Origin: Dehalococcoidia bacterium
Lineage (GTDB): Bacteria > Chloroflexota > Dehalococcoidia > Lucifugimonadales > QGNO01
DNA: 64,000 nt
Assembly (NCBI GenBank): GCA_965220545.1
Contig: CBDCQF010000007.1
Span: 21,123-85,122 of the forward strand
Direction of reading: 5' to 3'
Positions 57,823-64,000 of the stretch are shown one piece after another. The position numbers and the translations under genes are program-made. Every line of letters begins with the position of its first letter. Within the stretch, counting starts at the first letter, position 1. The notes beneath the pieces were generated by a model. That model saw only the letters and a program-made list of their open reading frames with translations, was not told the origin of the DNA and made no database searches.

Positions 57823-59805
57823 TTGGCAGAGACAGGACTTGTTTCATTGCTAATTGCGCTTGCATTGTCCGTATACGGGATGGTTGGATCAGTGGTGGGG
57901 AAGGGGACCGGGGCATACCAGCTCCAGGAGAGCGCCAAGCGGACGGCTTATCTTGTACCGGTGGCGCTCCTCATATCCACGCTCTCATTGGTAATCGCCT
58001 TCTTGCGCCGCGACTTCAGCCTCGAGTACGTAGCCGGCAATAGCAACCTGGCCATGGATCCGATCTATACCTGGGTAGCTTTCTATGCCGGTAATGAAGG
58101 GTCCTTGCTCTACATAGCCTTTGTCCTTTCATTGATGACCGCCGCCGTAGCGGCCTTTGCCCCCAGGACTTTGAGGGGCAGCATGCCCTATACGCTGGCC
58201 ATTCTTTTGGGGATACAGACGTTTTTCCTTGGGGTGATGAGCATCATGGCAAACCCCTTCGACGTTTTGCCCGCTACTCCTCCCGACGGCCAGGGCATAA
58301 ATCCGCTGCTGACCCACCCCGGAATGTTCTTCCATCCGCCCATGCTCATGGCAGGGCTGATAGGCGTTTCCGTGCCCTTTGCCCTGGCTATGGGCATGCT
58401 CATCAACAACAGCACCTCCGATGATTGGGTGGATGCGGGACGCGTGTGGGGCCTGATCATCTGGGCAATCCTGGGAATAGGGTTGCTGCTGGGGTCGTGG
58501 TGGGCCTACACCATACTTGGCTGGGGAGGTTACTGGGCGTGGGATCCCATTGAAAACGTCGCCCTGATGCCCTGGTTGGTCCTGACCGGATTCCTGCACT
58601 CAATCATGGTGCAGAAGCGGAGAGGCCTGTTCAGGGTATGGAACGTTGTATTGATGAACGTGGCGTTTACACTGGCGCTGTTCGGCATTTTCATCAATCG
58701 CGGCGGGCCCGTTGTATCCGTGCACTCCTTTGCCTCCTCCACCCTGGGATGGGTTTTCCTGGGATTTATGGTGTTCAGCTTGCTCTTCTCCTTTGGCGTC
58801 TTCTTCATCAGGTACGGCAGTTTGCGCAGCAGGACTTCCCTGGACTCCACGCTGTCCCGGGAAGCCGCGTTTCTTGCCAACAATCTGCTCTTGCTGGCCA
58901 TTGCCTTTGTGACCCTGTGGGGCGTTGTGTTCCCCCTCATATCGGAGGTGTTCCGAGGTGTCACTGTGACAGTCGGAGCGCCGTTCTACGACCGGGTCAA
59001 CGGGCCGTTGTTCTTGGTGCTCATCTTCCTCATGGGAGTGGGGCCCCTGATGCCCTGGAGAACTGCGTCCTGGTCGACCTTGAGAAGAGCTGTCCAGACG
59101 CCGGGACTCGTGGCGCTGGGGACGGTGGCTCTGTTGCTGGCCTTCCGCATAACCCAACCCTTCGCTCTGATCAGCTACGGCCTCTGCGCTTTTGTGGCTG
59201 CGGGCATAGTCCGCGAATGGACAAGGGGGACGGTGTCGCGGCGCAGAAATGGCGAGAGCTATCTCCGGGCTTTCCTTGGCCTCATTGCATCCAACCGGCC
59301 GCGATACGGGGGATACATCGTGCACCTGGCAGTCGTTGCCCTTGCCCTGGGAATAGCAGGATCTTCCTTCTACGACGTGCAGCGAGACGTCATCCTGGCC
59401 CCGGGCGAATCCGTAGAGGTGGACGATTACAGGATCCAATACATCGGGACGCGGGTCCAGCTACGGTCCGACAGAACCGAGTTTCTCAACGACCTGCAAG
59501 TATCCCAGGGCAACGAGGAGCCCAGGCCGATGATGGCGTGGCGCGCCCTCTACCCGGCTCAGAACATAGCAGCTACCAGGGCAGCCATCAGATCGACGCC
59601 CATAGAAGACCTGTACATCGTCTCCAGCGAATCACTGGAAGACGGCAGGGTTGCTTTCAGAATACTGGTCAATCCCCTGGTTTGGTGGATGTGGCTGGCA
59701 GGGCCAATACTTGTCCTGGGAACGCTCGTTGCGTTGTGGCCGCAGCAGGTCTCCTCCACCGCCAGAACGCAGAGGCGATTTGAAAGCTCCGTGACGGCAG
59801 CATGA
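57823..59805 (+). CDS. ccmF: Cytochrome c heme lyase subunit CcmF
   Basis: WWD-type motif WGGYWAWDPIEN, polytopic, 660 aa. TTG start. Confidence 0.9.
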   Translation: MAETGLVSLLIALALSVYGMVGSVVGKGTGAYQLQESAKRTAYLVPVALLISTLSLVIAFLRRDFSLEYVAGNSNLAMDPIYTWVAFYAGNEGSLLYIAFVLSLMTAAVAAFAPRTLRGSMPYTLAILLGIQTFFLGVMSIMANPFDVLPATPPDGQGINPLLTHPGMFFHPPMLMAGLIGVSVPFALAMGMLINNSTSDDWVDAGRVWGLIIWAILGIGLLLGSWWAYTILGWGGYWAWDPIENVALMPWLVLTGFLHSIMVQKRRGLFRVWNVVLMNVAFTLALFGIFINRGGPVVSVHSFASSTLGWVFLGFMVFSLLFSFGVFFIRYGSLRSRTSLDSTLSREAAFLANNLLLLAIAFVTLWGVVFPLISEVFRGVTVTVGAPFYDRVNGPLFLVLIFLMGVGPLMPWRTASWSTLRRAVQTPGLVALGTVALLLAFRITQPFALISYGLCAFVAAGIVREWTRGTVSRRRNGESYLRAFLGLIASNRPRYGGYIVHLAVVALALGIAGSSFYDVQRDVILAPGESVEVDDYRIQYIGTRVQLRSDRTEFLNDLQVSQGNEEPRPMMAWRALYPAQNIAATRAAIRSTPIEDLYIVSSESLEDGRVAFRILVNPLVWWMWLAGPILVLGTLVALWPQQVSSTARTQRRFESSVTAA

Positions 59806-59815
59806 GGTAAGGCTA

Positions 59816-60157
59816 GTGGGACTGATCATAGGCATACTGTTAGGATTGTTCAGCCTTGTAATTCTGGCGCTCCCTTTCCTCAGAAGAGAGAGGGCAGGGG
59901 GGCTTCGTACCGGTAATGCCGGCAGTCTCAGGGAAAAGCGGGTTTCCATCTACCATGAAATCAGAACGCTGGAAAACGATCTCAACCTGGGCCAAGTATC
60001 GCCAGAAGACTACGAGAAACGTCTCCAAGATTACCGGTTGCGCGCTGCAGAGCTACTGATGGAAGAAGAGGAGTTGGAACAGATTGACCTTGACTTGGAA
60101 GAGGAGATAAACCTGCGCAGAAACAACGGCCGCAACCCCACGCAAGATGATGCCTAA
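59816..60157 (+). CDS. Small membrane-anchored coiled-coil protein (possible CcmI-N-terminal analog)
   Basis: One N-terminal TM helix, a basic stretch, then an acidic helix with LENDLNLGQVSPEDYEKRL. GTG start 10 nt after ccmF. Confidence 0.55.
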   Translation: MGLIIGILLGLFSLVILALPFLRRERAGGLRTGNAGSLREKRVSIYHEIRTLENDLNLGQVSPEDYEKRLQDYRLRAAELLMEEEELEQIDLDLEEEINLRRNNGRNPTQDDA

Positions 60158-61367
60158 CGCGGTTAGCATTAAGCGGTCAGGGGCGGCCTTGCTGATCGCC
60201 TCGCTCGGCCTGCTTCTGCCCTTTGTCTCCACATCCAACGCGCAACAGGGGCCCACCTTGATCTCAGGCGAGGTGGTCAACGGCACGCCCGGAGGAGAGA
60301 TACACGCCGGCAGGTTGGTGGTGCTGCATATACTCATGCAGGACGGAAACCAGGATTTCAGGTCTGCCACCACGGACGCAAACGGTGCGTTTAGCTTTGC
60401 AGACGTGCCTACGGCGGGGGTCTTGGGATATCTCCTTGTAGCCACGCACCAGGGCGTTGACTATACCCTGGAGATCCTGCCTGGAGAAGCGCTGACCGGC
60501 CTTGAACTTGAGATATTCGAAACAACTACCAGCATCGAGGCCGTTGGAATCGTTCTGGACAGCGTGATGATTGCCGACTGGGACGTGACCGGCAGGACGC
60601 TTTCCGTGCTTGAGCTTGTACAACTGGAGAACAACGACAGCCAGACCTTTGTTCCCGACCTGAGTCAGCCGGCCAACATGGCTTTCCTGAGGTTTGCCTT
60701 GCCCAGCGATTCCACAGACCTACAAGTACAAACACAGCTTCCGGAAGGCCAGGTGCTTCAGGTAGACCGTGGCTTTGCTATCACCACGGCGGTGCCTCCG
60801 GGTCAGCACGGTATGGCCTTCACCTATACGACGCCGTATCAAGGAGACCGTGTCGATCTTTCAAAGAGGTTCTCGCTAGGCGCCCAGGCTTTCCGCCTCC
60901 TCATACCCGTAGACCTTGGCTCAGCCATTAACTCCTCATTGAGCAGCGGCAGCGACGTCCAAATTGGCGACACGGATTTTCGAGTGCTGCAAGCCGAGGA
61001 CGTCCCTCCCGGCGGATCCGTCAACGTTATACTGGAGAACCTTCCCCAGCCGTCCCTGCTCAGCACCGCAATAAGCAGCCTAAGCGAGTCCACCGCAGTT
61101 TGGGTGGTGCCCATTGCGCTGGTGCTAGGCTTGTCGGGACTTATTGTCATAGGCGTCGTCAGAAGAAGGGGGGCGCGTTCCGTAGCGGAAGATAGCGTCG
61201 CGCAAGAAGTTCCCGCCAGGGACGATCTCATACAGGCAATAGTCGACCTTGACGACCGTCTCGAACACAACGAAGTCACCGCGCAGGAGCACGAACATCA
61301 ACGACAGATTCTCAAGGCGAAGCTGCTGGAACAGGAGATGAGCGAAAGGGAGACCTTTGGGAAGTAG
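60147..61367 (+). CDS. Secreted/anchored protein with a carboxypeptidase-regulatory-like beta domain, a C-terminal TM helix and a cytoplasmic coiled-coil tail
   Basis: Signal peptide (ALLIASLGLLLPFVSTSNA). ISGEVVNGTPGG...ATTDANGAFSFADVP pattern. C-terminal VWVVPIALVLGLSGLIVIGVVRRRG, then DLDDRLEHNEVTAQEHE. Confidence 0.6.
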   Translation: MMPNAVSIKRSGAALLIASLGLLLPFVSTSNAQQGPTLISGEVVNGTPGGEIHAGRLVVLHILMQDGNQDFRSATTDANGAFSFADVPTAGVLGYLLVATHQGVDYTLEILPGEALTGLELEIFETTTSIEAVGIVLDSVMIADWDVTGRTLSVLELVQLENNDSQTFVPDLSQPANMAFLRFALPSDSTDLQVQTQLPEGQVLQVDRGFAITTAVPPGQHGMAFTYTTPYQGDRVDLSKRFSLGAQAFRLLIPVDLGSAINSSLSSGSDVQIGDTDFRVLQAEDVPPGGSVNVILENLPQPSLLSTAISSLSESTAVWVVPIALVLGLSGLIVIGVVRRRGARSVAEDSVAQEVPARDDLIQAIVDLDDRLEHNEVTAQEHEHQRQILKAKLLEQEMSERETFGK

Positions 61368-61920
61368 AGCGCTGGTGCTCATTGGAATAGCCCTGCCCAT
61401 AGCGGCGCTGATTGCGTTGATGGCATGGGCGCTGGCGCAGACGGGAGGCAATCCCGGAGGCCTGGGAATCAATAGCATGTCGGGAGAGGTGGACATCGAA
61501 CCTGGCGCTGCTCCACCCCTTTCCATGACTCTGCTGGAGGGCGGCAACCTGGACTTGGAGGACTTGGAAGGGAAAATAGTGATGGTGGACTTCTGGAGCT
61601 CCTGGTGTCCGCCGTGTGTTGCTGAAGCATCTGACTTGGCCGACACGTACCGCCTCTATGAAGACAAAGACGTCGAATTCGTAGGCGTTGCCATATGGGA
61701 CAAGGAATCCGATGTTAACGAACACGTAGACAGATTCAATGTCACCTATCTGAACGGTATAGACTCCCAGGGCAAGATAGCCATTGGCTACGGCGTGCGC
61801 GGCGTGCCGGAAAAGTTCTTCCTGGACAGGGAGGGGCGCCTGGTCAAGAAATATGTCGGCCCAATTTCCAGCGAGACTTTGCAGGCCATGTTGGACAGTC
61901 TGCTGGCGCAATCCGGCTGA
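61357..61920 (+). CDS. ccmG: Thiol:disulfide oxidoreductase, TlpA/ResA/CcmG family
   Basis: N-terminal membrane anchor plus thioredoxin motif FWSSWCPPCVAE and GVRGVPEKFFLD (cis-Pro loop). Confidence 0.85.
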   Translation: MGSRALVLIGIALPIAALIALMAWALAQTGGNPGGLGINSMSGEVDIEPGAAPPLSMTLLEGGNLDLEDLEGKIVMVDFWSSWCPPCVAEASDLADTYRLYEDKDVEFVGVAIWDKESDVNEHVDRFNVTYLNGIDSQGKIAIGYGVRGVPEKFFLDREGRLVKKYVGPISSETLQAMLDSLLAQSG

Positions 61921-62151
61921 GGCACAAATGCCATGCGTAGATATCCAAACCGCAGAAGGCGTCGAAAAGCACAGCAATCTTCCAAACTCACCAAGAGCAG
62001 CAGCGTTCCCTGGTGGGTAATCGCCGCACTTCTAGCCGTAGCGCTTGTAATCGCGGCGGCCAGGCTTCTCCGATGACTTGGTGGTGAGTACCCTTGATGC
62101 CAACTCTGAGCTATGATTCAAGTGATTTAGAGAAAACGGAGAGGGAAGCGC

Positions 62152-62850
62152 TTGTCTCAACAAGCAGTGCTGGTAATTGAAGACGAAGAGAACCTTCTGA
62201 AGGCGATAAAGTACAACCTTGAGCAGGACGGCTACAAGGTCCAATCGGCGATGGATGGAGAGCAAGGCTTGGAGATGGCCCGGCAGACGCAGCCCAGCAT
62301 GATTATTCTTGATATCATGCTGCCCAAGCTGGACGGTATAGAGGTGTGCCGTATCCTGAGACGTGAAAGCAACGTCCCCATCTTGATGCTTACCGCCAAG
62401 TCGGAAGAGATCGATAGGGTGGTGGGTTTGGAGCTTGGCGCGGATGACTACGTAACCAAACCGTTCAGCATGCGGGAGCTGATGGCTAGAACAAAGGCCG
62501 TTCTGAGGCGTTACTCCTTATCAGCCAGTAATACGGCCAAGGAATCGGGCAAGATACTCAGAGCCGGTAAGTTAGAGGTGAACATATCGAAGCACGTGGT
62601 CACCCTAGACGGCGAGCCGTTGGAGTTGAAGCCACGCGAGTTCGACCTGCTGGCGCTTCTTGTGGAAAACGCGGGAAGAGCCCTCACCAGAGACCGGATA
62701 CTGGAGAACATCTGGGGGCAGGACTACTATGGCGACACCAGGACGGTGGACGTACATATCAGATGGCTGCGAGAGAAGATAGAAGGCGATCCCGGCAGCC
62801 CCAAACAGATTATAACTATACGGGGGGTGGGTTACCGCTTCGACGCATGA
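62152..62850 (+). CDS. OmpR/PhoB-family response regulator
   Basis: Receiver domain (VLVIEDEE...ILDIMLPKLDG...LTAK) and winged-helix output (LELKPREFDLLALL...RTVDVHIRWLREKIE...IITIRGVGYRF). TTG start after GGAGAGGGA. Confidence 0.92.
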   Translation: MSQQAVLVIEDEENLLKAIKYNLEQDGYKVQSAMDGEQGLEMARQTQPSMIILDIMLPKLDGIEVCRILRRESNVPILMLTAKSEEIDRVVGLELGADDYVTKPFSMRELMARTKAVLRRYSLSASNTAKESGKILRAGKLEVNISKHVVTLDGEPLELKPREFDLLALLVENAGRALTRDRILENIWGQDYYGDTRTVDVHIRWLREKIEGDPGSPKQIITIRGVGYRFDA

Positions 62851-64000
62851 AGCTCTTAAACCTTAGCCACTGGCAATTAGCATTCCTCTTTGCCGTTCTC
62901 ATAGCCGTCTCAACCGGGGTGGTCTTCTACATATTCGGCCCTGAACAAATGCCTCTGAATCGCCTGGCGCTGACGGCGGGTCTGGTGGGAATAGTTGCTC
63001 TCCTCCTATCCATATGGCTGGCAAGGATCGTATCCCGCCGCGCTTTCGACTCACTACATCCCTTGACCCAGGCCATGCTCCGCCTTGCCCAAGGAAACCT
63101 GGACTACCGCCTGCAGACGGACAACGAACCCAAAGAGCTGATGGATGCGTTCAACCAGACAGCCGCTAGGCTGAGGAACATCATCGAAGAGCTGTCTGAA
63201 GAACGAAACAAGCTATCGGCGATTCTGGACACCATGGCGGACGGCGTCGTAGTTATTGACGGTGACGGCAGCATAGAGCTGATGAACCGCGCCGGGGAGG
63301 AGATCCTCAATGCAAACGCAAGAACCGCTGTCGGCTCGCGTTTCATGGAAGCCGTGCGCGACCATGAGATTCGTGATGTCATTTCAAAGGCGCTGCAAAC
63401 CAAACAGCCGCAGCGGGGCGACATAGAACTCCTCCACCGGAGAAGGTACCTGGTTGCAATTGCCGCACCCTTGACGCAGGAAGAAACCACAGGCGTTCTG
63501 CTCACGTTGCATGACCTGACCCCGATACGCCAGGTAGAGACTACCCGGCGCGAATTCGTGAGCAATGTGTCGCACGAGCTGCGCACACCGATCGCATCCA
63601 TCAGAGCCATGGTGGAGACGCTCCAGAGAGGCGCAATGGACGACAGACAAGTAGCCCTTGACTTCATGGAGCGCATCAACAGAGACATAGTGCGAATGAA
63701 CGACATAGTCAGCGAACTGTTGGAGCTGTCGTTGCTGGAAAGCGGGCAGATGAAACTGGATATCACCGCCATAGACCTCATCCCTTTCCTGGAGGAGATC
63801 AGGCAGGAGTACCAAGTGGAGGCAGACACAAAGAAGATACGGCTCAGCGTGGAAGAGGACTCTCACCGGCTCAGGGTACTCGGAGACAGAGGCAAGGTGC
63901 GCCAGATTCTGGCCAACCTGTTGGACAACGCCCTGAAAGCTACCTCTGAGAGCGGTGAGATAGGGTTATCCGCGGAAGTGCAGAACCGCTCCACCAGAAT
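62847..64000 (+). CDS. Sensor histidine kinase (2 TM, HAMP, PAS, HisKA, HATPase); 3' end lies outside the window
   Basis: Absent from the ORF track because it has no stop in the window. ATGA overlap with the regulator gene. My translation is open to 64000. H-box FVSNVSHELRTP and N-box ANLLDNALKAT. Confidence 0.88.
   Translation, partial: MKLLNLSHWQLAFLFAVLIAVSTGVVFYIFGPEQMPLNRLALTAGLVGIVALLLSIWLARIVSRRAFDSLHPLTQAMLRLAQGNLDYRLQTDNEPKELMDAFNQTAARLRNIIEELSEERNKLSAILDTMADGVVVIDGDGSIELMNRAGEEILNANARTAVGSRFMEAVRDHEIRDVISKALQTKQPQRGDIELLHRRRYLVAIAAPLTQEETTGVLLTLHDLTPIRQVETTRREFVSNVSHELRTPIASIRAMVETLQRGAMDDRQVALDFMERINRDIVRMNDIVSELLELSLLESGQMKLDITAIDLIPFLEEIRQEYQVEADTKKIRLSVEEDSHRLRVLGDRGKVRQILANLLDNALKATSESGEIGLSAEVQNRSTR

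Noticed and set aside
58600-59783. Long ORFs antisense to or out of frame with ccmF (58600..59439 minus, 279 aa; 58638..59783 plus, 381 aa). Similar shadow ORFs occur elsewhere, e.g. 32592..33272, 39238..39966, 40669..41406, 63104..63829, 22281..23183 and 8750..9439.
   Set aside because: They overlap well-supported genes with clear family motifs. Their translations are Arg/Gly/Pro/His-rich and low in complexity, as is typical of alternative frames in GC-rich DNA. None shows any recognisable motif.

Overview
This is a gene-dense 64-kb bacterial chromosomal segment with about 60 CDS, many 4-11 nt gene overlaps and almost no spacing between convergent genes. No rRNA, tRNA or CRISPR array was recognised. 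The gene content suggests an aerobic Chloroflexota-like organism, but that is inference only. The supporting genes are the TIGR03662 'YYY' / TIGR03663 membrane-protein pair, Alternative Complex III, system-I cytochrome c maturation genes, giant FtsX permeases and GAATGAC-type REP-like repeats.

Gene blocks in order:
1. Housekeeping: OGG1-type glycosylase (5' partial), a lipoprotein, cca, rnc, a GNAT acetyltransferase and ftsY.
2. A four-gene envelope module of unknown function: DUF2298/YYY, TIGR03663 GT-C-like, UPF0104 flippase-like and an FAD oxidoreductase.
3. A four-gene ABC system with two ~1,090-aa double-FtsX permeases and two ATPases.
4. Tandem MFS paralogs.
5. A peptide-type ABC importer operon (substrate-binding protein plus two permeases, no ATPase genes) with archease-rtcB embedded in it.
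6. A 540-bp G-skewed non-coding region with repeats, then a membrane protein plus wHTH regulator pair and a histidine phosphatase.
7. A NuoE-like, NuoF-like and formate-dehydrogenase-alpha-like set followed by a ferredoxin-NADP reductase. The alpha-like subunit lacks the catalytic Cys/Sec-His.
8. An IS110-family element inserted into a REP-like unit 117 bp upstream of mutS.
9. mutS, three inserted genes (YdeI-like, a Trp-rich hypothetical, a minimal HAD phosphatase), then mutL.
10. An Fe(III)-type ABC importer.
11. An Alternative Complex III cluster with split ActB and non-canonical gene order.
12. ccmH-ccmF, two uncharacterised membrane proteins, then a CcmG-like thioredoxin.
13. An OmpR-type response regulator and a PAS histidine kinase (3' partial).

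The most unusual items are the reconstructable IS110 insertion with a bridge-RNA candidate arm, the catalytically degenerate FdhA-like/NuoEF/FNR module, the uncharacterised YYY/TIGR03663 operon, RNA-repair genes inside a transporter operon, and the genes inserted between mutS and mutL. All functional calls come from reading motifs by eye. No database search was run.
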